A DNA stretch of 64,000 nucleotides from a virus. Its lineage: Duplodnaviria > Heunggongvirae > Uroviricota > Caudoviricetes. The notes below the pieces were generated by a model. It saw only the letters and a program-made list of their open reading frames with translations, ran no database searches and was not told the DNA's origin. Both the position numbers and the translations under genes were made by a program. Numbering within the stretch: position 1 is the first letter of the stretch; every line of letters starts with the position of its first letter. Positions 55,724-64,000 of this stretch are shown piece by piece. The DNA lies in IMG/VR virus record IMGVR_UViG_3300037400_002787, positions 1 to 64,000 of that record. One strand, 5' to 3'.

Positions 55724-57130
55724 ATGAAGACCAGCATATTCTTTGTAGTCCTATTCTGTACTATCTGTAGTTGGGCGGAAGTCTCTCCGCAGTATCAACT
55801 TCACGACAAGATAAAGGGCTCTGCCCAGATACTAGTCAACACGGAAGAGTATGTAGAGGGGCGCATCTCCGAAGAAAGGGCAGAAATAGAAGAGACTATT
55901 GGGGGGATTGTAACCAACATTACATTCAATGTAGACGAGAAGATTCAGACGGTAGCCGAATGTGCAACAAACCACACCGAAGAAGCTGTGGGAGTCTTGA
56001 AAGAGGCACTAGAAGTAGATGTAGCCAATGTAGCACTATGTGCCACGAACTACACGGACAAAGCATCGAAAGAGTTAGGAGAGAAAGTCGCAAGTCTCAA
56101 TCTAGGCACGGAGGAAGTCGAACTACCACAGACCGCTGCGGACAGGGGAGTGACATTCATCGACATCTATGGGGAGAAGGCCAATGCCGGCATAGAAGTT
56201 GGGGAGAATGCCAAAGCTAGAGTTACGGCAGGAGCTCTTGAAAATGCCCCGAGCAACACGGTTGTAAGGTCAGTGTCTATTGCAATAGGAGCAGAAGCAG
56301 ATGCCACGACAGACGAGGATTCCATCAAGAATCAGGCAATAGCCATAGGGTGGCATGCACAGGCGAAAGGAAGCAATGCTATAGCAATAGGAGGAGGGGC
56401 ACAGCACCCCGACGAAACGATTGAAACTGGAAATGCCACTGTTGCTAAGGGAAACACCGCAATTGCTTTTGGATACGATGCCAAGGCAATGTCGACTTCC
56501 TCTATTTCTATAGGGCGCTCTGCAAAGACATTTGAAGAAGGAGCGGTCCAGATTGGCTCCGGCATCAACACAAACAAGAATTCGTTGCAGTTCATGGACT
56601 ACACCGTTGTGGACTCCACCGGGCAGATACCAACGAATATACTGACAAAGGCAGCGGATGCCTTTGTTGGTAAGGTTATGGAGACAGCCGAGAGACTATA
56701 CAAGAATGGGAATATGACCATTCATGGAAATGGCTCGGATGAACAGGAAATAGAGCCGATGGTCAATGGGCTTTCAGAGGCTGTATTCGAATATCCCGAG
56801 GATGGGATATGGAAGGCAGGAGGAGAATGTGGGGTTATACCTCCTATGGACTCTCGTAACTACAACGTCTTGATAACTGAGATTCCTAAGGCACAGGGTA
56901 TGACAAACGGAGTGCCGTATTCGCTACCTCCTTCGGAGAATTTTCTCATAACCTTCGGAGAGAATCTGCACAACAAGAAACTAATGCTAGATGTCAGCCC
57001 GTCCATAGGTTTCAAGACAGGAGAGTATATGGCGGCTCTTACCAATGCTCCCTGTATCATCAAGGTAAGAGAACCTTCAACCAACAGGGTGATTATGGTG
57101 GTGCGACCGTTCAACATTGAAGACCTCTAA
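55724..57130 (+). CDS. secreted protein with YadA-like head (Hep_Hag) repeats, putative fibre/adhesin
   Basis: Signal peptide. Repeats SIAIGAEA, AIAIGWHAQAKGSNAIAIGGGAQ, TAIAFGYDAKA, SISIGRSAKT. Confidence 0.55.
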   Translation: MKTSIFFVVLFCTICSWAEVSPQYQLHDKIKGSAQILVNTEEYVEGRISEERAEIEETIGGIVTNITFNVDEKIQTVAECATNHTEEAVGVLKEALEVDVANVALCATNYTDKASKELGEKVASLNLGTEEVELPQTAADRGVTFIDIYGEKANAGIEVGENAKARVTAGALENAPSNTVVRSVSIAIGAEADATTDEDSIKNQAIAIGWHAQAKGSNAIAIGGGAQHPDETIETGNATVAKGNTAIAFGYDAKAMSTSSISIGRSAKTFEEGAVQIGSGINTNKNSLQFMDYTVVDSTGQIPTNILTKAADAFVGKVMETAERLYKNGNMTIHGNGSDEQEIEPMVNGLSEAVFEYPEDGIWKAGGECGVIPPMDSRNYNVLITEIPKAQGMTNGVPYSLPPSENFLITFGENLHNKKLMLDVSPSIGFKTGEYMAALTNAPCIIKVREPSTNRVIMVVRPFNIEDL

Positions 57131-57149
57131 CGACAAGGAAAACACGGAA

Positions 57150-57320
57150 ATGGGAAAAAGAAAAAGAGAGACAATAGAGGACATTGCCGCCGAACTTCGG
57201 TTGGGATTCGCTAGAGGAAATGTAGCATTGTACTTTATGGAGTTGGCCAATCGCATAGAAGCAGCCCATAATGAAGGTGTACTCGAAGCCATCGAAGACC
57301 TAATGGGCAGAAAAGACTAG
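57150..57320 (+). CDS. hypothetical small protein
   Basis: SD aaggaaaacacggaaATG. Confidence 0.4.
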   Translation: MGKRKRETIEDIAAELRLGFARGNVALYFMELANRIEAAHNEGVLEAIEDLMGRKD

Positions 57321-57397
57321 ACTAGGATTAACGCATAGGCAATATGCAGGGAGTGAAGAAAATGGGGAAACCAATGTTCCAGACGGAAACAAAAGGA

Positions 57398-57440
57398 GAG
57401 AAGCCTGAGATTTTGGGCTTCTGCCAGACAGGTTTTTCCG
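57398..57440 (+). terminator. possible terminator/regulatory hairpin
   Basis: agaagcctgagattttgggcttct hairpin, then gccagacaggttttt. Confidence 0.35.
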
Positions 57441-57509
57441 TAGACCTTCAATATAGGCCGTGTAGGGCGGAATTTTCCGTCTTGTAATTCAAAAGAAAGA
57501 GCCGCTATC

Positions 57510-57914
57510 ATGACTGAGGAAAGAAGACTAGAGCTAGAGGAAAAACTGAATATGGCGGAGGCCAGCGGCGATGCGGCGGCCATTGCTGCGGTCAAGAAGA
57601 CGATGGAGCACGAGTACAGGGAGTGCACCTCGCATACGGCAGATCGGCTAAAGAGAGTTGAGAAGACTGTCAATGAAATCAAGGACGGCCTCATTCCGGC
57701 GGAACTGTTTGGAGAACTTAAAGAGGGACTAAAGACGCTTGCGGACACAGTTCACGGCATGAAGTCAGATATAGAGGCCTGGAAGAACAAGGCAAAGGGG
57801 ATGAAGTTGCTCTGGCACATACTGGCGATAGCTACGGCGGCAGGGGGCGGCGGAATTCTAATGAAACTTCTAACGGCATCTGCAAAAGCAACCTCCACTG
57901 GAGTGACACCGTAA
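57510..57914 (+). CDS. C-terminally membrane-anchored coiled-coil protein (possible lysis/membrane protein)
   Basis: TM LLWHILAIATAAGGGGILMKLL near the C-terminus. Confidence 0.45.
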   Translation: MTEERRLELEEKLNMAEASGDAAAIAAVKKTMEHEYRECTSHTADRLKRVEKTVNEIKDGLIPAELFGELKEGLKTLADTVHGMKSDIEAWKNKAKGMKLLWHILAIATAAGGGGILMKLLTASAKATSTGVTP

Positions 57915-57935
57915 AAATCGTCAAGGAGAAGAAAA

Positions 57936-58289
57936 ATGAAAATAAGTAAACTAAAAAGCATATTCGTCCTACTGACAGGAGGACTGACCGGCCTAATCAA
58001 GTATGTTCTCGACCTGTTCAATACTCAGATTCTAGCAAGAATCCCGGACAAAGAGACAGGCTTAAAGTACATCAAGGATGTTCAGGCTTTTTCGGTATTC
58101 CTTAGGACAGTAGTTGAGATTCATTCGGACGACCTCTCCGATAGCCGCAAAGCCGCTCTCAATAGCATACTTGCCGCAGTTGATGAACTCGCAAAGGCAC
58201 TCGAGGACTTTGAGATAAATCAGGATGAACTTGATGCTATCATAGAGAAGGTGAAGGATGCTATCGACGCCTGGAAAAAGGCAGAGTAA
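57936..58289 (+). CDS. N-terminally membrane-anchored protein (possible holin/spanin-like)
   Basis: TM IFVLLTGGLTGLIKYVL. SD aaggagaagaaaaATG. Confidence 0.45.
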   Translation: MKISKLKSIFVLLTGGLTGLIKYVLDLFNTQILARIPDKETGLKYIKDVQAFSVFLRTVVEIHSDDLSDSRKAALNSILAAVDELAKALEDFEINQDELDAIIEKVKDAIDAWKKAE

Positions 58290-58315
58290 GAAACCAAGAA
58301 CTAATATGTAGGAGA

Positions 58316-58344
58316 AGCCCCCTTCCGTAAGGAGGGGGGTTTTG
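58316..58344 (+). terminator. probable terminator
   Basis: cccccttcc / ggaggggggg hairpin, then tttt. Confidence 0.45.
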
Positions 58345-58356
58345 CATTATACCCCC

Positions 58357-58386
58357 TTTACAACTAACGGCAATATATGATATACT
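58357..58386 (+). promoter_or_regulatory. sigma70-type phage promoter driving a leaderless mRNA
   Basis: cccccTTTACAactaacgg, N, TGATATACT ends 58386. In-frame ATG at 58394. Confidence 0.6.
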
Positions 58387-58393
58387 ATGGTTG

Positions 58394-59593
58394 ATGAAAA
58401 ACAACACCAAGAAATTCCGTATTTCAGTATATACTATAGCCAAGAACGAAGAGAAGGTTGCCGAAAGATGGTTCAACTGCTTCAAGGAAGCCGATGAAGT
58501 ATGTGTTCTTGTAAACAACTCCACGGACAAGACTGCGGAAATACTTAGGTCGCTTGGGGCTAAGGTAGTAGAGAAGAACTACGAGCATTTTAGATTCGAC
58601 ATAGCAAGAAACGATGCTATGAAGATATGTTCTCCTAAATCTACTTTGCTTTTCTGCTGTGATATGGATGACACCGTGGAGTCTGGGTGGCGGGAAAAGG
58701 TTGAACGAGCTTGGGAGTTGGGTGTCCAGACGGGAAGAAACCCAAATTCGATTATCTTCACCTACTCCGTAGAGTACAACACTTTCAACAAGGTGGCGAA
58801 CCATAGCCGCAAGCAGAAACAAAGTTTCGCCCGCCATAGCATACACACTCCTAATGGATGGTACTGGAAAAGTAGAATTCACGAATATCTAGAACACAGA
58901 GAGCGGAAGGTCTTTGTCTATTACCCGAAGTTTGAAGTGGTGAGTAGACCGACAAAATGTGAGCATGGCTCGTATCTTCCACTTCTTATAGAGGAGTGCC
59001 AAGACCCTAACTGCGAGGCGAGAAACATACATCTTCTTGGTAGAGAGTATATGCTTAACGGCAAGTACGACGAGGCGGTTGACTGGTTTAACAAGTATCT
59101 TTCGCACGTTGGGGCTACATGGGATTCCGAACGGGCAGCAAGTATGAAATTCCTCTCTGACTGCTATAGGGTTCTTGGATTCCCAAATGCACAGGAACTT
59201 TGGCTTTGGAAAGCAATGTCAGAGAACCCGAGAGATAGGGATGCACCATTTGCCCTTGGACAGTTGCTGATGAACAAGAAGGAGTACAAGACGGCAATTC
59301 GAGTTCTAGAGAAATGTCTCTCAATAGAGAAGCCAGAGTTCGACTATCCCTTCTTCTCTCTTTCCGCATGGACGGAGATGCCAATAGTATGTCTTGGCGA
59401 GTCCAGATACTATGTAGGCGACTGGGATGGAGCCATACGAGAACTTGACAAAGCCCTGTCTATGAACCCCAAAAACGAAACGGCAAGGAAGATGCGGGAC
59501 GAGATAGCCTCTATAATTGCGAAGGGAGGGAGACCCAATCTTCCGCCGCCTGAGATACCTAGAGAGAGGATAGAGATTCCAGAACTAATGTAG
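58394..59593 (+). CDS. family 2 glycosyltransferase with C-terminal TPR repeats
   Basis: ISVYTIAKNEEKVAERWFNCFKEADEVCVLVNNSTDKTAEIL (GT-A fold N-terminus), DxD-like CDMDD. TPR-like C-terminal half. Confidence 0.65.
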   Translation: MKNNTKKFRISVYTIAKNEEKVAERWFNCFKEADEVCVLVNNSTDKTAEILRSLGAKVVEKNYEHFRFDIARNDAMKICSPKSTLLFCCDMDDTVESGWREKVERAWELGVQTGRNPNSIIFTYSVEYNTFNKVANHSRKQKQSFARHSIHTPNGWYWKSRIHEYLEHRERKVFVYYPKFEVVSRPTKCEHGSYLPLLIEECQDPNCEARNIHLLGREYMLNGKYDEAVDWFNKYLSHVGATWDSERAASMKFLSDCYRVLGFPNAQELWLWKAMSENPRDRDAPFALGQLLMNKKEYKTAIRVLEKCLSIEKPEFDYPFFSLSAWTEMPIVCLGESRYYVGDWDGAIRELDKALSMNPKNETARKMRDEIASIIAKGGRPNLPPPEIPRERIEIPELM

Positions 59594-59609
59594 ACAAGTC
59601 TGCACCTGC

Positions 59610-59639
59610 TTGACAGTTATAACCGAATTGTGCTATAAT
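59610..59639 (+). promoter_or_regulatory. sigma70-type phage promoter driving a leaderless mRNA
   Basis: TTGACA, N18, TGCTATAAT ends 59639. ATG at 59646. Confidence 0.6.
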
Positions 59640-59645
59640 ATCTCT

Positions 59646-60194
59646 ATGCTTTACACAATAAAAGATGTCAAAGACCGTATCGACGAACTAGACTCCGAAG
59701 AATATGTTTCGGTTTCCATCGACGGGATACCAAGGGGTATTGCGATAGTTTCCGATTTGAAGGAGCAGCTTTATGGATATGGCGACCGTGCAAACAAGCG
59801 ACGGATAAAGCAGATGTTTCTTTCTGGCGTAACCTTCGATGTAAAGAGGGGAATTAACCTATACCCCGTTCCAAAAGAGGATTTCTGGCGAGAATTAGGT
59901 GGTGAGAACCTAGGGGAATTGAAAAACACTCCTATTATAGACATTGCGGATAAGCGGCCGTGCGACATATTCGGCAGGTCGCACGATGGTATGGTGTGTA
60001 TAGATTCCAATAACCAAGAATCCGAGGCCGAGACGGAGCCATTAGTCAAATGGGATGCAGACAAGGAAGTAATCCATTTTAGAGATGATGGAGATGTGGC
60101 CAAGAATAAATCACCGAACAAGAAGCCTCTCAAACAGGGTTTATTCGAAAAATTCAAGGGGTGGCTCAAGGGAGACAAGGGGTACAAGAGATAA
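59646..60194 (+). CDS. hypothetical protein
   Basis: In-frame ATG 6 nt after the -10 element. Confidence 0.45.
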   Translation: MLYTIKDVKDRIDELDSEEYVSVSIDGIPRGIAIVSDLKEQLYGYGDRANKRRIKQMFLSGVTFDVKRGINLYPVPKEDFWRELGGENLGELKNTPIIDIADKRPCDIFGRSHDGMVCIDSNNQESEAETEPLVKWDADKEVIHFRDDGDVAKNKSPNKKPLKQGLFEKFKGWLKGDKGYKR

Positions 60195-60213
60195 AGATTT
60201 TTGAAATTCCACC

Positions 60214-60243
60214 TTGAAATCGACGGCACGAATATGATATAAT
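60214..60243 (+). promoter_or_regulatory. sigma70-type phage promoter
   Basis: TTGAAAtcgacggc, N, TGATATAAT. Confidence 0.65.
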
Positions 60244-60306
60244 ATACAACCGAAGATTGAAGAGGTGTCCGAAGTTTTGGTTAACCAAAAAAAAGAAAGA
60301 ACAAAA

Positions 60307-61407
60307 ATGCACATAAAAATAAACAAGTCCGCTCTTGCGGAGGCACTGAACAACGTGGCATCGGTGGTGGCGTCCAAGACTTCGCTTCCGGTACTGCAGA
60401 ATGTCAAAATCACGGCACGGGACGGCAAGGCTCTTTTTGTCTGTTCCGATTTGGACACTACGCTCATAGCAAATGCTGAGTGCGAAGTGCTTGAGGACGG
60501 CGAGACAACCATTCCAGCCAAGATGGTTTCGACTGCCGTAAGCAAGGTCGTGGATGGAGTAATCGACCTTGATGTAGATGAGAGAGATAGGGCAAGGCTC
60601 ACGGCAGGCACTTCCAAGTTTAGTTTCAACGGTATTTCCGCCAAGGAGTTTCCTGTGCTAAAGGAAGAGGGCGGCGATCCCGTAACGCTCAAGACGGATG
60701 CCATTCGCGAACTTCTCCGAAAGACCTCTTTTGCAATGTGCATGGACGACACGAGGAAAGTTCTCAATTCTGTGCTTCTCGACTTCTCTCAGGGCGGAGG
60801 AAAGACTATAGCGGTTGCAACGGATGGACGTAGGCTCTCGATGCTCAACTGCACAGTAGAGGCTCCCGCAACCTTCAACAGCACGTTTGTCCTGCCACGG
60901 AAAGCGGTGGATGTCCTTTCCAAGAAACTCCCCAAGGATGGCGATTGCAAGATTATATCCACGGGCAGTCAATTGAGGTTTGTCACCCAGAAGTTCGAAC
61001 TCTACACCAAACTGTTCGACGATGCATTCCCCAACTACATGCAGGTTGTCCCGAAGACCAGTAACGAGATAGTTGTGGTGGATAGGGTTGAACTCATTGG
61101 AGCTCTGGACCGAGTTTCTGTTTTCACCAATTCGGATGCGCCCACTGTCCAGTTGACTTTCGACAACGGCCGCATGATTCTCACTTCCGACACGGAGTCG
61201 GGTTCTTCTAGGGACGAGGTTGCAATCAAGTACGAAGGCGATAAGATTGAGATGAAGTTCAATCCACAGTACATTCGCGATGCACTCAATGTCATCGACG
61301 AAGACGAGGTGGAAATCCGTCTTATAAATGAGACCTCGCCGGCCGTGATTCGCAAGTCGGGTTCTGACGACTACACCTATGTAGTTATGCCGCTGAGAAT
61401 CAACTAA
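60307..61407 (+). CDS. dnaN: DNA polymerase III beta subunit (sliding clamp)
   Basis: MHIKINKSALAEALNNVASVVASKTSLPVLQNVKITA is a classic DnaN N-terminus. About 366 aa, three-domain length. C-terminus VVMPLRIN. Confidence 0.85.
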   Translation: MHIKINKSALAEALNNVASVVASKTSLPVLQNVKITARDGKALFVCSDLDTTLIANAECEVLEDGETTIPAKMVSTAVSKVVDGVIDLDVDERDRARLTAGTSKFSFNGISAKEFPVLKEEGGDPVTLKTDAIRELLRKTSFAMCMDDTRKVLNSVLLDFSQGGGKTIAVATDGRRLSMLNCTVEAPATFNSTFVLPRKAVDVLSKKLPKDGDCKIISTGSQLRFVTQKFELYTKLFDDAFPNYMQVVPKTSNEIVVVDRVELIGALDRVSVFTNSDAPTVQLTFDNGRMILTSDTESGSSRDEVAIKYEGDKIEMKFNPQYIRDALNVIDEDEVEIRLINETSPAVIRKSGSDDYTYVVMPLRIN

Positions 61408-61433
61408 AGCTATAGCAGCACCAAACCATTCTT

Positions 61434-61470
61434 GCCCGTCTCCAACCCCCGCGAGACGGGCTTTTTTTTG
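61434..61470 (+). terminator. rho-independent terminator
   Basis: gcccgtctc...gagacgggc plus tttttttt. Confidence 0.85.
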
Positions 61471-61541
61471 TCTTTTTAAGGTTCCTGTTTTTACCGGTTC
61501 GGCAAACAGTAGGGAGATTGTAGTCTCTCCTGAAAGGAAAA

Positions 61542-63509
61542 ATGCCGATGATAGACCCGAATAAAGTTACCGAAGCCGTGATGGAGTTTATGAAGAACCC
61601 ATCTTGGAAGGAGATATTCACCAATGCTCCGGGCGGTGCGATGGAGAGGCTTGCGATTTCCTTCTACTTCTCAAAGTTTCACGACCAGTTCCAGCCAGAA
61701 GACTTTCAGGAGTATAGAGACCTGCGGGATGAATATGAGAAGTCCCTCACGGAAGAGGACTTGAACTATCTCATAGAGAACAGCGACAAGGAAAATGCCA
61801 AGAAGCATTATCAGGAACTACTTGCAAAACTCCAGCAGAGTGGGGGACAGCCGCAGGGTCAGATGAGGTTTGAAAAAGATGCACAGGGTGAGGAGTCTGG
61901 GCAGAAGACTACGGAAGAGACCACGGAGAAGGTAGAGGAGACCGTCCAGCAGGGCGAGGATGGTCAGGAGAAGTTTGAGGAGAAGTCAGCCGAGACCGTA
62001 GAAGAAAAGTCCGCCGATGGCAATCAATCACCAGCACAGGGCGATGAGGAAGCCGAGAAAGAGTCTCCCAAAGGGGATGGCGGGGATGGCGATTCTGATT
62101 CCGACGAGAATCAGGAGCAGGACGAGAAGTTGAACACCGCATTGTCGGTAGCCTTGAACTATCTGCAGAATGAAGAAAAGCAGATGGGGAATGCCGAAGA
62201 CAACAACGGAAAAAAAAAAGTAGTCGCTGAGAAGAGCGTAGGGGACGAACTAGTGTGTGCCTTGATAGGCAAGGCATATGCTAAGGATACTCTCTGTTCT
62301 GATAACACAGTACAGGACGAGTTGGTGGAAGCGTTGGTGATGGATGCGGACACCCTCAAAGACCAGACTCTTCAGGAACACGATAGGATTCACCACAAGG
62401 ATGGTTATCACGAAGGGGACACTTGCAAGTTTAGGGACAAGATTAAGGAGGAGACCCCCGAAGACAAGGCGGATGAATTGTATGTTGAAGGGAAGGGTGG
62501 CCCTGACGAAGGAACGAAAGAAGAGTACAATTCCGAACTAACTCCAGAAGACAAAGAGTTTAATAGGCTTGTAGCAGAGCGTGAAGCCCTAGTAAGGCGC
62601 AACAACGAAATTCCAGAAGAGAACAAGAAGGACTCTGAGAGGGCAATGAACAAAGAGATTACATGGGATGATTTTTTTGCCCTGCGAAAGGAAAGAGCAT
62701 CAGAAGCCGAGCAGAATCAGAAGAAGTTCAACAAACTCGACAAAAGCATAGAGAAGATGTTCCGTCAGGCGGCGGGAAAGGCGATGCCAAATACCAAGGT
62801 AGTTGGCAAGGACGGGCTTCCTATGATAGTGTATCACGGAACTGTTCGACCACGAAAGGATGGCTTCACGGAGTTTGCGGATCGTCCCATATTCTCTTTC
62901 AAGCAAGAAGGACTTGCATCTCAATATACTCATTCTCGGCGCGACATGTGGGTTAGCCCCGACAGGACGGGTTATGTTATTCCAATGGTGATGAACCTAG
63001 AGAACCCATATGTTGTAGATGCAGGAAAACGGCTTTGGTCAAACATAGCCGTTGACTGGAGCAACGAGCCGGTAGACACGGATGCCATATGCAAGTATGC
63101 AAAAGAGCATGGCCATGATGGCGTCATCATTCGTCAAGTAAGAGACAATATGTTCGACAACGAGCGCTCGGCGGGCGATGAGTACATAGCTTTCTCCTCG
63201 AATCAGGTAAAGGACTGCGGCGGCATATATGAAACCGAGGAAGGGAAGGGGTTGTCCCACGACTACGAGGTGTTGGTTTCAGATGTCGGGAACACAAAGG
63301 ACGACAATGGCAAAGTTATTCCTCTTTCTCGCCGTTTCGATGATGGGGCCGACATTCGAGGGGATGTGTCTGGGAAGACTGAATATATTGAGAAGATGAA
63401 GTCACTTCACCCAGATATCAACTCTGATGAACTAATAGATAGGCTTAAGAACTTGGGGAGCCGAGAGGAGATGGAGGCGGAGATAGCGAAGATTCTAGGC
63501 AAAAAGTAG
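61542..63509 (+). CDS. large acidic hypothetical protein with conserved C-terminal domain
   Basis: 655-aa ORF. Glu/Asp/Lys-rich middle. C-terminal globular region (IVYHGT...FSSNQ). Contains an A10 run at 62210-62219. Confidence 0.5.
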   Translation: MPMIDPNKVTEAVMEFMKNPSWKEIFTNAPGGAMERLAISFYFSKFHDQFQPEDFQEYRDLRDEYEKSLTEEDLNYLIENSDKENAKKHYQELLAKLQQSGGQPQGQMRFEKDAQGEESGQKTTEETTEKVEETVQQGEDGQEKFEEKSAETVEEKSADGNQSPAQGDEEAEKESPKGDGGDGDSDSDENQEQDEKLNTALSVALNYLQNEEKQMGNAEDNNGKKKVVAEKSVGDELVCALIGKAYAKDTLCSDNTVQDELVEALVMDADTLKDQTLQEHDRIHHKDGYHEGDTCKFRDKIKEETPEDKADELYVEGKGGPDEGTKEEYNSELTPEDKEFNRLVAEREALVRRNNEIPEENKKDSERAMNKEITWDDFFALRKERASEAEQNQKKFNKLDKSIEKMFRQAAGKAMPNTKVVGKDGLPMIVYHGTVRPRKDGFTEFADRPIFSFKQEGLASQYTHSRRDMWVSPDRTGYVIPMVMNLENPYVVDAGKRLWSNIAVDWSNEPVDTDAICKYAKEHGHDGVIIRQVRDNMFDNERSAGDEYIAFSSNQVKDCGGIYETEEGKGLSHDYEVLVSDVGNTKDDNGKVIPLSRRFDDGADIRGDVSGKTEYIEKMKSLHPDINSDELIDRLKNLGSREEMEAEIAKILGKK

Positions 63510-63542
63510 TTTGTTTTTTTGGCATTTGTAGAGGAAATTGAT

Positions 63543-64000
63543 ATGACAGCACAGGATGCATTTGCTATAGCTTTCGACGACGAGGCATGGGCGATGGATG
63601 CCATGCCCGGGAATGATATGCCAAGGAACAATCTTCCAAGCAAGCCGTCAGCACCAAGCGGGCTAAAGAAGAATGCTGCTGCTGCTCCGGGTGCTACGAC
63701 CTCTATGGGCGTTGGCGGACAGGATGATATGTCCATTTCGGAGCATATGATGAGGTATCACCCGGACGGATTCGATCCCTCCAAGAACAAGTGTAAACTG
63801 TTTGATTCCATGGTTTCTTCTCTGACGGCACAGGGGATGTCCAAGGAGGATGCCTGGAAGCGGGCAACCCAGATACACAACGGAACAGATTCTGGCAGTA
63901 TGCCTCAGCAGCCTCAGCAACCACAGCCGCCAGACCCTGCAATGCAGGAGCAGCAGGTTCAGCAGTTGGCACAGAATCCGCAGGCAATAGAATCCGCCCC
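63543..64000 (+). CDS. hypothetical protein (3' partial, runs off window)
   Basis: ATG 63543 after SD gaggaaattgatATG. Open to the end of the window. Gln/Pro-rich. Confidence 0.4.
   Translation, partial: MTAQDAFAIAFDDEAWAMDAMPGNDMPRNNLPSKPSAPSGLKKNAAAAPGATTSMGVGGQDDMSISEHMMRYHPDGFDPSKNKCKLFDSMVSSLTAQGMSKEDAWKRATQIHNGTDSGSMPQQPQQPQPPDPAMQEQQVQQLAQNPQAIESA

Noticed and set aside
57436-57490. Direct repeat TTTTCCGT(A/C) twice in the 190-nt intergenic region before gene 57510.
   Set aside because: Only two short copies. Could be an operator, but too little evidence.
1-64000. CRISPR arrays or other short direct-repeat arrays.
   Set aside because: No regularly spaced 25-40 nt repeats seen. The only repeat families are the promoter motif, the three IscB-type elements and in-gene tandem codon repeats.

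Overview
This 64-kb window reads as a contiguous piece of a large tailed-phage or prophage genome. Every credible gene is on the + strand. Genes are tightly packed with ATGA/TAATG overlaps and strong Shine-Dalgarno sites. At least 12 copies of one promoter type recur: C-run, TTTACA/TTGACA-ACTGACC, N17, TGnTATAAT. Several rho-independent terminators are present. No capsid, terminase or portal module appears, so this is an early or accessory region. Recognisable content falls into seven groups. (1) DNA replication and nucleotide metabolism: DnaB-like helicase, SSB with a DIPF tail, DnaN sliding clamp, DEDDh exonuclease, RusA-like resolvase, dUTPase, dCMP deaminase, a ThyX-like gene and a histone-H1-like protein. 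(2) A complete nicotinamide-to-NAD+ route, PncA, PncB, NadD, NadE, plus a NUDIX hydrolase, a SAM synthetase (MetK) and two DUF2829 (Tad2-like) paralogs. Together these look like an anti-defence theme against NAD-depleting and signal-based immunity. (3) An RNA/tRNA repair theme: a tRNA-binding-domain-fused KxDG ligase, a second small ligase-like protein, an adjacent P-loop kinase and calcineurin-like phosphoesterase (split Pnkp-like), a YqeY-domain protein and a PTH2-like hydrolase. (4) IS200/IS605-type RNA-guided nuclease elements: one full IscB element with its upstream omega-RNA (HEARO-like) scaffold, two ORF-less copies of the same structured RNA element flanking a 1.9-kb two-gene cassette, and two distinct TnpB genes. 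All three IscB-type elements end exactly at the ATG of the downstream gene. (5) A tandem family of five secreted paralogs, including LamG/concanavalin-like C-termini and twin-arginine signals, followed by a 1.1-kb island with aberrant C-ending codon usage. (6) Unusual phage cargo: a flotillin/SPFH protein, a caspase-like lipoprotein, a papain-like C1 protease coupled to a small lipoprotein, a YadA/Hep_Hag-repeat secreted protein and a GT2-TPR glycosyltransferase. (7) Three of the conserved promoters place the ATG 6-8 nt after the -10, implying leaderless mRNAs. All minus-strand ORFs in the track look like shadow ORFs.
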